A DNA stretch of 64,000 bases, taken from assembly GCA_023442525.1 (NCBI GenBank), contig JAEZZA010000017.1:127340-191339 (forward strand), in the 5' to 3' direction. The notes beneath the pieces are model-generated. The model ran no database searches, was not told where the DNA came from, and was given only the letters and a program-made list of their open reading frames with translations. This stretch comes from Bacteroidota bacterium. Its GTDB lineage: Bacteria > Bacteroidota > Bacteroidia > Bacteroidales > UBA10428. The translations under genes were made by a program, and so were the position numbers. Shown here one piece after another: positions 20,945 through 31,267 of the stretch. The first letter of the stretch is position 1, and the number at the start of each line of letters is the position of its first letter.

Positions 20945-21970
20945 TTAAAAGTCTTTTTTTGATGAGAGCTCCCTCAATATTCCTGCACTGGTTTCGGCGG
21001 TAATATCGCGCTGAGGATTTCCCAGCATTTCATAACCCACCATAAACTTCTTAATGGTAGCCGACCTCAACAGAGGGGGATAGAAATGCATGTGAAATAT
21101 CCATTCGGGATGATCCTTCCCATCGGTAGGCGCCTGATGGATCCCTGCAGAATAGGGGAATGATATCCTGAATAGATTGTCATACCTGTTTGTGATATTA
21201 CTTATGGCATCAGCGAATTGTGTCACCTCGGCGGGAGTGAATTGCATCAGGCTCTGTAGCTTCCGTTTCGGCAGTATCATCGTTTCATAAGGCCAGATGG
21301 CCCAGAAGGGGACCAGAACTACAAAACCGGCATTTTCGTGAATGATCCGGTCCTTTTTTTCAATTTCGGTTTTCAGATAATTCGTAAGCAATGGTTCAAG
21401 GTTTTGGGAATAGTATTTTCCCTGCTGTTCCTGTTCTTTTGCCACTTCCACCGGCAGGGTTTCCTGTGCCCAGATCTGTCCGTGAGGGTGGGGGTTACTG
21501 GCACCCATTATTTCGCCACGATTCTCAAAGATCTGTACATGGTTGATAAATGAAAGAGCGCCCAGGTTTTTATATTCCTCACGCCACATTCTGATAACCC
21601 TTTCGATAGATGGAACGTCCATATCGGCCAGGGTCAGATCGTGCCGGGGTGAAAAGCAAACCACTTTACATATACCTCTTTCCGATTTGGCCTGCAACAA
21701 TCCGGATTCCACTTCAAATTCGGGAATATCCTCTATCAGAGAACTGAAGTCGTTTATAAAGGTATAGGTCGACTCATACGCGGGATTCTTCTCTCCGTTG
21801 GCCCGTGTATTACCCGGACACAAATAGCACGAGGGATCGTATGACACAGGTTTGTTTCCGCTTGTTTCTTCCTGTTTTCCCTGCCAGGGACGTTTAGTCC
21901 TGTGCGGCGCAACCAGTACCCAATCGCCTGTGAGCGCGTTGAATCTTCTGTGAGTATATTGATGAAGCAT
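20945..21970 (-). CDS. galT: galactose-1-phosphate uridylyltransferase
   Basis: Zn site CYLCPGN, HIT-like active-site HPHGQIWA. Confidence 0.85.
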   Translation of the reverse strand: MLHQYTHRRFNALTGDWVLVAPHRTKRPWQGKQEETSGNKPVSYDPSCYLCPGNTRANGEKNPAYESTYTFINDFSSLIEDIPEFEVESGLLQAKSERGICKVVCFSPRHDLTLADMDVPSIERVIRMWREEYKNLGALSFINHVQIFENRGEIMGASNPHPHGQIWAQETLPVEVAKEQEQQGKYYSQNLEPLLTNYLKTEIEKKDRIIHENAGFVVLVPFWAIWPYETMILPKRKLQSLMQFTPAEVTQFADAISNITNRYDNLFRISFPYSAGIHQAPTDGKDHPEWIFHMHFYPPLLRSATIKKFMVGYEMLGNPQRDITAETSAGILRELSSKKDF

Positions 21971-21979
21971 TTGAATGAC

Positions 21980-23227
21980 TTAGTTTCTTAATGAATTAAA
22001 CCAGACGATTGAACTGATGCCCCACGGGAAAAGACCTGTTCCATGGTCCAGTCCTTCCATCGGTAATAATTGAACGTTCGCAGGATTGCTTCCGGCGGAT
22101 ATGAATTCATCATACAGATTAAGCGACTGCGAGGGCGGAACATTATCATCAACGGTACCATGATAAAGACGGATTTTCAGCGAAGTATTCCATCCTTCGA
22201 TACTATTTGATAACAGAGATTCACGTATGTCGCTGAATTCAGCTCCGGTGGCGAAATTCTGAATCAGATTTGCAGTAAGCAGATCAGAAATCTGGTTGGT
22301 AAGAGCGTTGTTAATATCGTTATTCGACTTTGTACCATCAAATAATTCCGGGATATTCGAGGCATAGGGCTCTTTGAAGAATCTGCCGAGAGGACTGTTT
22401 ATTTCACCGTATTTTATCTGTGAGTAAATATAATATGGGAAATACATCGGTGAAGGAAATGTCTCAATCCCGATTACATAGTTGGTGAAGTCAGTGAGAT
22501 TATATACCCCAGCGCCTGCAGAAACTGCCACCAGATCGTAGTCGATACGGTCATTAAAATCTAATTCTTCAGTCACACTTATCGTAGCTTCTCCGCCCTG
22601 AGAGTAACCCAGCAGGAACAGGCTGTCGTTTGAAACAGCCGTAATACCTGGTAAATTATCCATTTCGCGCAGGGTACGTATGAGGTCAATGACCGCATTA
22701 TTAGTCGCCTCTTTCTGATAATAGGGATGCAAAATTTCAGATGATGTTCCGAAGCCAATGTAATCAGGAATAAGCACAATATAGCCGTTGCTTGCCATCA
22801 CTTCCATTACTGAATATCCGGTGCTCGAAGGGTTCACAGATGGTGCATTATTATGAGCTGTATTGGTCCCGTTCTGAAAACTCATTACTGGGAAAGTTCC
22901 TTCCGATTCCGGCATACAAACCAGTCCTGAAGCAACAATAACAGAATCTTTGTAGCGTGTATGGTAACTAACCCGGTAAATCTTCACCCCATATTTCACA
23001 CGGTCCGCAATAGATTGTGCCTCCGGGTTAATGCTGGCCTGATTTGATAAAACAGCCTTAATGGTTAACATCGGATAGGTTGCAATAAGAGAATGACTTA
23101 CAAGCAACTCACTTTGCGGGACGGGATCATTATTGTCCTTATTACAAGAGACTATAAACAGAATGACGGCAAACAGGTAAACCGGAAATTTTAGTATATC
23201 GAAAACGGGTTTAAAGTAAGTGCTCAT
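21980..23227 (-). CDS. lipoprotein, alpha/beta-hydrolase (secretory lipase-like)
   Basis: Lipobox (…IVSCN), nucleophile elbow GYSQGG. Confidence 0.5.
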   Translation of the reverse strand: MSTYFKPVFDILKFPVYLFAVILFIVSCNKDNNDPVPQSELLVSHSLIATYPMLTIKAVLSNQASINPEAQSIADRVKYGVKIYRVSYHTRYKDSVIVASGLVCMPESEGTFPVMSFQNGTNTAHNNAPSVNPSSTGYSVMEVMASNGYIVLIPDYIGFGTSSEILHPYYQKEATNNAVIDLIRTLREMDNLPGITAVSNDSLFLLGYSQGGEATISVTEELDFNDRIDYDLVAVSAGAGVYNLTDFTNYVIGIETFPSPMYFPYYIYSQIKYGEINSPLGRFFKEPYASNIPELFDGTKSNNDINNALTNQISDLLTANLIQNFATGAEFSDIRESLLSNSIEGWNTSLKIRLYHGTVDDNVPPSQSLNLYDEFISAGSNPANVQLLPMEGLDHGTGLFPWGISSIVWFNSLRN

Positions 23228-23289
23228 AATTTAAAATCGTAAAATTAAAAAAACCTGTTTAAGCTTCAAGCGAAATCTCTGAACATGAT

Positions 23290-24624
23290 TTACAGATCCA
23301 GAAGGATCTTTTCAGGATCAGGTTTATCAAGCAGCATATTCAAAGGATTCTCAATAAGTTCTTTCACCCTGTAAAGGAAACTTACCGAGTCGCGGCCATC
23401 AATAAGCCTGTGGTCGTATGTAAGGGCAACATACATTATCGGTCGGATAACTACTTCGCCGTTAATGGCTACCGGTCGTTCCACAATATTATGCATACCA
23501 AGTATCGCGGATTGAGGGGGATTAATGATAGGCGTCGACAGCATGGAACCAAATACACCTCCGTTGGTAATAGTAAATGTGCCTCCGGTCATTTCTTCAA
23601 TGGTAAGTTTTAAGGAGCGGGCTTTTTCTGCCAGTATGGCAATTGCTTTTTCAATTTCCGAAAGTGTCATGGAGTTGGTATTCCGTATTACAGGCACCAT
23701 CAAACCCTTGTCAGATTGCACGGCAATGGCAATGTCGACAAAATCAGGGGTGATCATATCATCGCCGTCGATAAAGGAATTAACAGCCGGAAATTGTTTT
23801 AATGCTTTTGTACAGGCCATTGTAAAGAAAGACATGAGGCCAAGCTTGATCCCATGTTTTTCCTGGAATTTCGATTGGTATTTCTTCCTTAATTCCAGCA
23901 CACTGCTCATGTCAACTTCATTAAAGGTAGTGAGCATGGCTGTCTCGTTTTTTACTGAAACCAGCCTTTTGCTAAGTTTCCGCCGAAGCGGAGACATAGG
24001 AGTTTTTTTCAGTCCGCGTCCGGTGCCAGGTACGGCTTCCTGATCAGATTTAATATTGCCCTTCGATTGAATAACCTGTTCAACATCCTGTTTGGTGATC
24101 TTTTTCAATCCACTGATTATCGATTCTACATCCAGGTCGTTTTGTTCCATCATTGTCCGGGCCAGGGGAGTCACTTTAACCGGACTTTCTGGTTTATTAT
24201 CTGTCTCTGGTTCCCTGGTTTCCCTGGTTGTAGTTTTTTGTGGTTCTTCGACCGGAGTGTCTGTTACCGGTTTGGTAGTGTCTGAAACAGGTTGTTGCAC
24301 GTGCTCTTCCGACGTGGCTGCTGCAACAGATGGAACGGGAACCGACTTTTGTTTGGGTGCCGGTTTTTTTGCTTCGCCTGCAGGCTTTCCATCGGTGTCA
24401 ATGGTACAGGCAACATCACCTATATGAACTTTTTCACCTGCTTTAGCTACTATATGCAATGTTCCGGATTCAGTTGCAATAAGTGGCAGCGTGGCTTTAT
24501 CCGTTTCAACTTCTGCTATTTCCTGATCTTTTTGCACAAACGATCCATCTTCAACAAGCCAGTTGCCTATAGCGGCTTCAGTTACTGATTCCCCGGCTGA
24601 TGGTATTTTTATTTCTGTGATCAT
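23290..24624 (-). CDS. sucB: 2-oxoglutarate dehydrogenase E2 (dihydrolipoyl succinyltransferase)
   Basis: Lipoyl domain (ETDKATLPL), an Ala/Pro-rich linker, and the catalytic DHRLIDG. The ATG at 24624 is 2 bp after the sucA stop. Confidence 0.85.
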   Translation of the reverse strand: MITEIKIPSAGESVTEAAIGNWLVEDGSFVQKDQEIAEVETDKATLPLIATESGTLHIVAKAGEKVHIGDVACTIDTDGKPAGEAKKPAPKQKSVPVPSVAAATSEEHVQQPVSDTTKPVTDTPVEEPQKTTTRETREPETDNKPESPVKVTPLARTMMEQNDLDVESIISGLKKITKQDVEQVIQSKGNIKSDQEAVPGTGRGLKKTPMSPLRRKLSKRLVSVKNETAMLTTFNEVDMSSVLELRKKYQSKFQEKHGIKLGLMSFFTMACTKALKQFPAVNSFIDGDDMITPDFVDIAIAVQSDKGLMVPVIRNTNSMTLSEIEKAIAILAEKARSLKLTIEEMTGGTFTITNGGVFGSMLSTPIINPPQSAILGMHNIVERPVAINGEVVIRPIMYVALTYDHRLIDGRDSVSFLYRVKELIENPLNMLLDKPDPEKILLDL

Positions 24625-24626
24625 TG

Positions 24627-27440
24627 TTATTGAATTTTTTCGGCAAAGTAACTGTATTGTTTCAGTATCTGTTGGCGCAGGCTTCCGCTTGAACATTGCA
24701 GGCCGCAGTATTTACGTTTGAGTTCACACTCGCATTTGCGAAATACCTTGGAAATGATCTCTTCCTGGCTGATCTGATGAAGCCGTAATAACCCTACAGC
24801 GGGACTTCCGCTGGGCAACCGGTAGACAGGCAGTATTTCGCCGCTGAATTCATGTTGAATATGACGCCATGGTCCCATATTACCCGGTTCTTCCTGTACC
24901 CAAAGTTTAAGCAGAACATTAGGATATTTTCGGATAATATTTTCAACTTTTTCGTTGGGGAACGGATGTAATTGTTCAATTCTTACAATGGCAATATCTC
25001 TGGCATCGAATTCTTTTTTGCGGGCAAGAAGGTCGTAATAGATTTTTCCCGAACAAAATACCAGTCGGCGAACTTCTTCCACATCTACATCGTCATCGTC
25101 GATAACATCCTGAAACCGGCCGGTAGCTAATTCTTCAAGGGTTGATGTACACCAGGGATGCCTGAGAAGGCTTTTAGGTGTAAAAATAATCAGCGGAACC
25201 CTGAAATTCCTGTAAACACTCTGTCGCAAAAGATGGAACAGATTGGCGGGAGTGGTCGGATTCACAATCTGCATATTATTATTTGCTGCCAGTAGCAATA
25301 TTCGTTCAATACGGGCACTTGAATGTTCAGGGCCCTGACCCTCATAGCCATGAGGAAGGTACAGAACAATGCCATTCATTACTCCCCATTTCTCCTCGGC
25401 CGCACTGATATACTGGTCGATAATTACTTGTGCTACATTTACAAAATCGCCATACTGCGCTTCCCAGATGGTGAGTCCTTTTGTATTCGCCAGGGCATAA
25501 CCATATTCAAAACCAAGTACACCATATTCATTGAGAGGTGAGTTGTAAACATGGAAAGAAGCCTGGCTTGATGAAATATGTTTTAGCGGGACAAATGTTG
25601 AATCGGTATCTTCGATAACATGTGCTGCATGCCTTTGTGAAAACGTACCTCTTACCGTGTCCTGCCCCGTCAGCCTTACAGGATGACCATCGTACAGTAA
25701 TGATCCGTACGCCATTAATTCAGCCATCGCCCAATCAATCTTTCCGTCTGTGATCATCTTAAGACGGTCGTTATTCAGTTTGAGGGTTTTATCAATGAAC
25801 TTTTCACCCGGAGGAAGATAGGTAATCTTTTCACCAAGGAACCTTAGAAAATCAACTGTCAATTCACCTGAATTCCATTTGTCGAAATCGTTTCGTTTGG
25901 CATGCCTGAAACCTTTCCAGTCGTCGTATAGAAACCTTTGAATATGAACTTTACCAAGGCCTTTTGAAAGGTTGAACCTGCTGTCGAGCAGACTGTCAAA
26001 TTCATGCTGCCGGCTTTCGGCATCTTCGCGACTGAATACACCCTGTTCGATGAGTTCACGAGAGTATATATCACGGGGATTTGGGTGAACTGCAATGGCC
26101 TTGTAAAGTGTAGGCTGGGTATACCGGGGTTCATCTCCCTCGTTATGACCGTATTTCCGGTACGATAAAATATCTATGAAAACATCGGATTTGAAGGTAC
26201 GACGGTATTCCATGGCCAGCAGCACTGTATGGAGTAAAGCTTCGACATCGTCGCCGTTGATATGAAAAATAGGCGCCTTGATAACTTTGGCGATATCGGT
26301 ACAGTACGTGCTCGAACGGGCTTCGAGATAATTGGTGGTGAATCCCACCTGATTATTGATTACCATATGGATGGTTCCTCCGGTATGAAAACCGACTAAT
26401 TCCGACATCTGAATCACTTCGTAAACTACACCCTGTCCTGCTATTGCAGCATCACCATGGATGATCACCGGTGCCACCTTTGAAAAATCGCCCTGGTATT
26501 TATTGTCGATATGACTCCGGGTTACACCCTCAATAACCGGGGATGCACTTTCAAGGTGCGAAGGATTGGGTACGAGATTCAGATCAACTGTTTTACCGTT
26601 TCTGAGCTTTACTTTATTGCAATAGCCCAGATGGTATTTTACATCGCCAAGTGAGATGGCATCGTCGTATTCTTCAGCAACGAATTCCTGAAATATATTT
26701 TCATAAGGCTTACCGATCACGTTGGCAAGTACGTTCAGTCGGCCCCGATGTGCCATGCTCAGAAAGAATTCTTCAATACCAGATTCGGAACCTTTGTTGA
26801 TCAGGTAATGTAAAGCCGGTATAAGTGTTTCCGTGCCTTCGAGTGAAAATCGCTTCTGACCTACAAACCGTTTGTGAATGAAGTTTTCGAAACCAACAGC
26901 TTTGTTAAGTAAATCGAAAATGTATAATTTTTCTTCTTTTGTGAAAGGAGTGGTATTCCTCGACCCTTCCATTTTCTGCTGCAGCCAGTCGGTTTTTTCC
27001 TGGTCTCTTATAAACATATATTCGGCACCCACCGACGCACAATATGTCTGTTGCAGATGTTCTCTTATTTCACGCAATGTGGCATTTCCAATGCCTATTT
27101 CAGTTCCGGCGTGAAATGTGGTGTCGAGATCAGCCTCGTCGAGTTGATAATTTTCCAGATCGAGGGTAGGAAAGTATTTCCTTCTTGACCGAACCGGGTT
27201 TGTACGTGTAAACAGATGGCCTCTTTTTCTGAACGCGTCAATATAATTCAGAACATGGAATTCTTTGTCTAACTGTTCGTTGCCTGAAGGTGACCCGGTC
27301 TGGGACTTTCTTCCAAAATCGAAGCCTGAAAAGAACGTGCGCCAACTTGAGTCAAGTGAATCAGGATCTTTCAGATATTGCTGATAAAGCTGGTCGATTG
27401 TACCAATTTCGCTATTCCCCAGAAATGAGAATTGATCCAT
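24627..27440 (-). CDS. sucA: 2-oxoglutarate dehydrogenase E1 component
   Basis: ThDP-binding E1o architecture, and a C-terminal [12 protein letters not shown]…SPAVG block matching E. coli SucA. Confidence 0.9.
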   Translation of the reverse strand: MDQFSFLGNSEIGTIDQLYQQYLKDPDSLDSSWRTFFSGFDFGRKSQTGSPSGNEQLDKEFHVLNYIDAFRKRGHLFTRTNPVRSRRKYFPTLDLENYQLDEADLDTTFHAGTEIGIGNATLREIREHLQQTYCASVGAEYMFIRDQEKTDWLQQKMEGSRNTTPFTKEEKLYIFDLLNKAVGFENFIHKRFVGQKRFSLEGTETLIPALHYLINKGSESGIEEFFLSMAHRGRLNVLANVIGKPYENIFQEFVAEEYDDAISLGDVKYHLGYCNKVKLRNGKTVDLNLVPNPSHLESASPVIEGVTRSHIDNKYQGDFSKVAPVIIHGDAAIAGQGVVYEVIQMSELVGFHTGGTIHMVINNQVGFTTNYLEARSSTYCTDIAKVIKAPIFHINGDDVEALLHTVLLAMEYRRTFKSDVFIDILSYRKYGHNEGDEPRYTQPTLYKAIAVHPNPRDIYSRELIEQGVFSREDAESRQHEFDSLLDSRFNLSKGLGKVHIQRFLYDDWKGFRHAKRNDFDKWNSGELTVDFLRFLGEKITYLPPGEKFIDKTLKLNNDRLKMITDGKIDWAMAELMAYGSLLYDGHPVRLTGQDTVRGTFSQRHAAHVIEDTDSTFVPLKHISSSQASFHVYNSPLNEYGVLGFEYGYALANTKGLTIWEAQYGDFVNVAQVIIDQYISAAEEKWGVMNGIVLYLPHGYEGQGPEHSSARIERILLLAANNNMQIVNPTTPANLFHLLRQSVYRNFRVPLIIFTPKSLLRHPWCTSTLEELATGRFQDVIDDDDVDVEEVRRLVFCSGKIYYDLLARKKEFDARDIAIVRIEQLHPFPNEKVENIIRKYPNVLLKLWVQEEPGNMGPWRHIQHEFSGEILPVYRLPSGSPAVGLLRLHQISQEEIISKVFRKCECELKRKYCGLQCSSGSLRQQILKQYSYFAEKIQ

Positions 27441-27585
27441 GGGATACTCCTTTGTTGTAAGTGGTTGTTTAAAGTTACGAACATTTTGATACTGATTTTG
27501 TTTAGACTATAATTAAGAGTTTGGATTAAATATCCTTTCCGGCCTTGCTTGATCTATCCTACATAAATAAGGTATTACACAGTAT

Positions 27586-28710
27586 ATGACCATTGGAATA
27601 CTAAAAGAAAGGGCCCCTGAACGACGGGTTGCCCTCACTCCCGAAGCTGCTGCAGCACTAAAATCGATCAACTCGGATATAATATTAGAAAACGGAGCAG
27701 GTGATGAATCTTTCTTTTCCGACGATTTATACATGAAGTCGGGGGTAAGTGTGGCATCACGTGCCGATGTGCTGGAGAAGTCCGACTGCATTCTGACCGT
27801 TGCAGGTCCGCTGCCCGGCGAATACGAATCGTGGGGCAATAACAAAATACTTATCGGCCATCTGAATTATATGGATCAGATGATGGTCGACAAGTGGGCC
27901 GCCCATAAGATTTCAGCCTTCAGCCTTGATTTATTACCCAGAACCACCCTGGCGCAATCGATGGATATTTTATCGAGTATGTCGACGGTTTCGGGATATA
28001 AGGCTGTGCTGGATGCGGCAGGTCATTTACCAAGGTTTTTCCCCATGTTTATGTCGGCTTCCGGTACGGTTAAACCTGCCAAAGTGTTAATACTGGGAGC
28101 AGGAGTGGCAGGATTGCAGGCACTTGCTACGGCACGCAGGCTCGGGGCTGTGGTTGAAGTATTCGATGTGCGGTCGGCGGTGAAAGAAGAAGTGCAAAGC
28201 CTTGGTGGAAAGTTTATCGAGGTTCCGGGAGCGGTTGAAGACAAAAGTGCCGGTGGCTATGCTGTTGAACAACAGGAAGAATATAAAAGAAAACAGGGCG
28301 AATTGATACATAATCATGCGCTTAAATCGGATGTGGTGATCTGCACGGCACAAATTCCCGGTAAGAAGGCACCTTTGTTACTTCATAAATCAACGGTGGA
28401 AATGATGATGCCGGGATCGGTGATCGTTGATCTGGCGGCTTCTACCGGTGGAAATTGTGAAGTGACGGAATTCAATGAAATCATAAATCACATGGGTGTG
28501 ATCATCATTGGTAAGGTGGGCTATCCGTCGGTGTTGTCTATGGATGCCAGCCGAATGTACAGCAATAACCTTGTGAGTTTCGTGAGACTGTTGATTGGAA
28601 AAGACGGCAGCCTTTCAGTTGATTTCAACGATGAAATTATTAAAAACACTTGTATAACTCATGAAGGACAGGTTGTGAACCAGCGTGTGCTTTCACTGGT
28701 AAAAAGCTGA
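27586..28710 (+). CDS. pntAA: NAD(P) transhydrogenase subunit alpha part 1
   Basis: AlaDH/PNT N- and C-domains, a Rossmann fold (LILGAGVAGLQA). Confidence 0.9.
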   Translation: MTIGILKERAPERRVALTPEAAAALKSINSDIILENGAGDESFFSDDLYMKSGVSVASRADVLEKSDCILTVAGPLPGEYESWGNNKILIGHLNYMDQMMVDKWAAHKISAFSLDLLPRTTLAQSMDILSSMSTVSGYKAVLDAAGHLPRFFPMFMSASGTVKPAKVLILGAGVAGLQALATARRLGAVVEVFDVRSAVKEEVQSLGGKFIEVPGAVEDKSAGGYAVEQQEEYKRKQGELIHNHALKSDVVICTAQIPGKKAPLLLHKSTVEMMMPGSVIVDLAASTGGNCEVTEFNEIINHMGVIIIGKVGYPSVLSMDASRMYSNNLVSFVRLLIGKDGSLSVDFNDEIIKNTCITHEGQVVNQRVLSLVKS

Positions 28711-28717
28711 TTAACCT

Positions 28718-29044
28718 ATGGAAAATATTCTCGAATTCCTTTATCTGTACCGACAGGAAATATTCATCCTTACCCTGGCAATATTCCTGGGTATGGAGGT
28801 GATATCAAATGTACCCTCGGTGTTGCACACACCACTTATGTCGGGCGCTAATGCCATCAGCGGTGTAATTATTATAGGCGGAATTATTTTATTGGGACAT
28901 GCCGACCTGTCGCGATTGAATATTACGGTAATTATCGGAGCCGTGGCTGTCTTTGCCGCGACGCTAAATGTGGCCGGGGGTTTCGTGGTAACCGACCGCA
29001 TGCTCGAAATGTTTAAAAAGAAGAAAACTACTAAACAAAATTAA
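28718..29044 (+). CDS. pntAB: NAD(P) transhydrogenase subunit alpha part 2 (membrane)
   Basis: 108 aa, 3-4 TM, typical split-alpha arrangement. Confidence 0.85.
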   Translation: MENILEFLYLYRQEIFILTLAIFLGMEVISNVPSVLHTPLMSGANAISGVIIIGGIILLGHADLSRLNITVIIGAVAVFAATLNVAGGFVVTDRMLEMFKKKKTTKQN

Positions 29045-29049
29045 AATTC

Positions 29050-30465
29050 ATGTCTGAGATTTCATTCGACTCTGCAATCGCCATACTCGACCTGAGTTAC
29101 CTTATTGCCGCCGTACTATTTGTTGTCGGGTTAAAGCGTCTGAGCAAACCCGAAACCGCCCGTTCCGGTAATCTCTGGGCTGCAGCCGGAATGATACTTG
29201 CCATGGTGACCACGCTGTTATTGCATAAGGACAATGACGGAAACCGCATTGCCTTGACTAACATCATTATCATTATTATCACTATTCTTATAGCTACTAT
29301 TGTTGGTTGGGTAATCGCCCGTCGGATTAAGATGACAGCAATGCCCCAGCTGGTATCGTTTTTTAATGCCACAGGTGGAGCTGCTTCGGGCCTTGTAGCG
29401 GTTATAGAATACGGTAATCCTGAAAATACTTCACTACTGGTTACCTTGTTGGGAATGGTAGTAGGGAATATAGCCTTCAGCGGAAGTATGATCGCGTACT
29501 GGAAACTCGACGGAAAAATAAAAGACTGGCCGGCTTCATTTATGAAGTATATTAACCTGGTACTTCTCATAGTTATTACAGGGGTAATTATTGTCGCCAT
29601 GTTTCCGGGAGTCGACAGGTCAGTTTCGGATGTTCTTGTATACGGACTTTTTGTAATCGCGCTTCTGTACGGTATTTTCTTTGTAATGCCGATAGGAGGA
29701 GCCGATATGCCGGTGGTGATTTCATTGTTGAATTCACTTACCGGAATTGCTGCAGCCATGGCTGGTTTCATATACTCAAACCAGGCTATGATCCTTGGAG
29801 GTATACTGGTTGGCGCTGCAGGTACCATTCTTACCATTCTCATGTGTAAGGCCATGAACCGTTCGTTGCTGAACGTGATTGTAGGCGGCTTTGGTGGGAG
29901 CCAGGGAGGTGCTGTAGCGGCTGTAGCCGGGGTAATACGTGAGATTCCGGTTGGTGATGCCGGTATTCTGCTGAATTACAGTCAGAAAGTGGTAATAGTC
30001 CCCGGATATGGCCTCGCCGCTGCCCAGGCCCAGCATTTGTGCAGTGAACTGGATATGCTGTTGTCGTCGCGGGGGGTAGATGTTCGTTATGCAATCCATC
30101 CGGTCGCCGGTCGTATGCCCGGACACATGAACGTGTTGCTTGCCGAAGCAAACGTACCGTACGAAAAGCTGATAGAAATGGATCATATCAACCCCGATAT
30201 GCCTAATGTAGATGTGGCAATTGTGATAGGAGCCAATGATGTCGTAAATCCGGCTGCCTTAGACGATCGGTCATCACCCATTTATGGAATGCCGATTATA
30301 CATGTTCATGAAGCAACCAATATTATAGTCATAAAGAGAGGAATGGGGAAAGGCTATGCCGCCATTGAAAATAATCTTTTCTTTAACGAGAAAACACGCA
30401 TGCTGTTCGGTAATGCCAAAGATGTTCTTCAAAAACTGATTACTGAAATAAAGGGTATGGAGTAG
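29050..30465 (+). CDS. pntB: NAD(P) transhydrogenase subunit beta
   Basis: Multi-TM N-terminal half and a C-terminal dIII NADP(H)-binding domain (GYGLAAAQAQH…). Confidence 0.9.
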   Translation: MSEISFDSAIAILDLSYLIAAVLFVVGLKRLSKPETARSGNLWAAAGMILAMVTTLLLHKDNDGNRIALTNIIIIIITILIATIVGWVIARRIKMTAMPQLVSFFNATGGAASGLVAVIEYGNPENTSLLVTLLGMVVGNIAFSGSMIAYWKLDGKIKDWPASFMKYINLVLLIVITGVIIVAMFPGVDRSVSDVLVYGLFVIALLYGIFFVMPIGGADMPVVISLLNSLTGIAAAMAGFIYSNQAMILGGILVGAAGTILTILMCKAMNRSLLNVIVGGFGGSQGGAVAAVAGVIREIPVGDAGILLNYSQKVVIVPGYGLAAAQAQHLCSELDMLLSSRGVDVRYAIHPVAGRMPGHMNVLLAEANVPYEKLIEMDHINPDMPNVDVAIVIGANDVVNPAALDDRSSPIYGMPIIHVHEATNIIVIKRGMGKGYAAIENNLFFNEKTRMLFGNAKDVLQKLITEIKGME

Positions 30466-30501
30466 TTCTTCTGGCCTTTCTGCTCAATTATATAATACCT
30501 G

Positions 30502-30601
30502 AATCTTCAGACTCTGACAGGTCCTTCGGACTCTGTCAGGTCTGAAGATTATTGATTTAGATCAGACTCTGACAGGTCCTTCGGACTCTGTCAGGTCTGA
30601 T
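30502..30601. repeat. two tandem copies of a 39-bp imperfect palindromic element, each with flanking inverted arms
   Basis: tcagactctgacaggtccttcggactctgtcaggtctga occurs at 30507-30545 and 30562-30600. Each copy can fold as a long bulged hairpin (aatcttcagac…gtctgaagatt; atcagac…gtctgat). Confidence 0.9.
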
Positions 30602-30666
30602 TATTTATTGGTCATGGGTGGTCATTAGATTATTTTTCTTACATTTATTCTCTAAACTTAAACCCT

Positions 30667-31254
30667 ATGACAATACTTTCAGAAACATGGTGGGGATCCA
30701 TGTTACTTGCCGAAAAGGTTTTCTGGTTAATTGCACTCCCTTTTACCGCGATATTTTTGTTTCAGCTCGTACTTACCTTTATAGGAGGCGACGCAGATCA
30801 TTTTGATGCCTCGGCCGACCATGATGTTGCCATTGATGCCGATCATGGCATAGGTTTTCAATTCCTGAGTATCAAGAATCTTATCGGTTTTTTCTCAATA
30901 ATGGGATGGACCGGAATTGCTTTGCTAAACGGAGGCAAATCACTTGGACTCACCATTGTAGTGTCCATTCTGGCCGGACTGGCAATGATGGTTATTATGG
31001 CCACCCTGTTGTATTACCTGGGAAAACTTACCGAACATAATGTTCTGAATCTTAAGAATGCCAAAGGAAAAATTGGAACCGTGTATCTGAGAATTCCTCC
31101 TCAGCGAAAGGGGATGGGACAGGTACAGATTAACGTTCAGGGATTTCAGACTCTTAATGCTATAACCGACGAACGCGAGGAAATAAAAACCGGTACGGTT
31201 GTCGAAGTTATCGACTCTGTCAATAACGAAGTATTACTTGTAAAAACTCAATAA
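30667..31254 (+). CDS. NfeD-like membrane protein (short form, C-terminal OB-fold)
   Basis: N-terminal TM helices and a C-terminal OB beta-domain. Sits immediately upstream of a flotillin gene (yqiJ/yqiK-like arrangement). Confidence 0.65.
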   Translation: MTILSETWWGSMLLAEKVFWLIALPFTAIFLFQLVLTFIGGDADHFDASADHDVAIDADHGIGFQFLSIKNLIGFFSIMGWTGIALLNGGKSLGLTIVVSILAGLAMMVIMATLLYYLGKLTEHNVLNLKNAKGKIGTVYLRIPPQRKGMGQVQINVQGFQTLNAITDEREEIKTGTVVEVIDSVNNEVLLVKTQ

Positions 31255-31267
31255 AATATTTTCACTT

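Noticed and set aside
23410-24588. Multiple + strand ORFs opposite sucB (67-172 aa)
   Set aside because: Opposite the Ala/Pro-rich linker and catalytic domain of sucB. No start context or motifs.
29097-30186. Antisense ORFs (252, 136 and 103 aa) inside pntB
   Set aside because: Embedded in a high-confidence membrane-protein gene. Their amino-acid composition reflects the opposite-strand codon bias.
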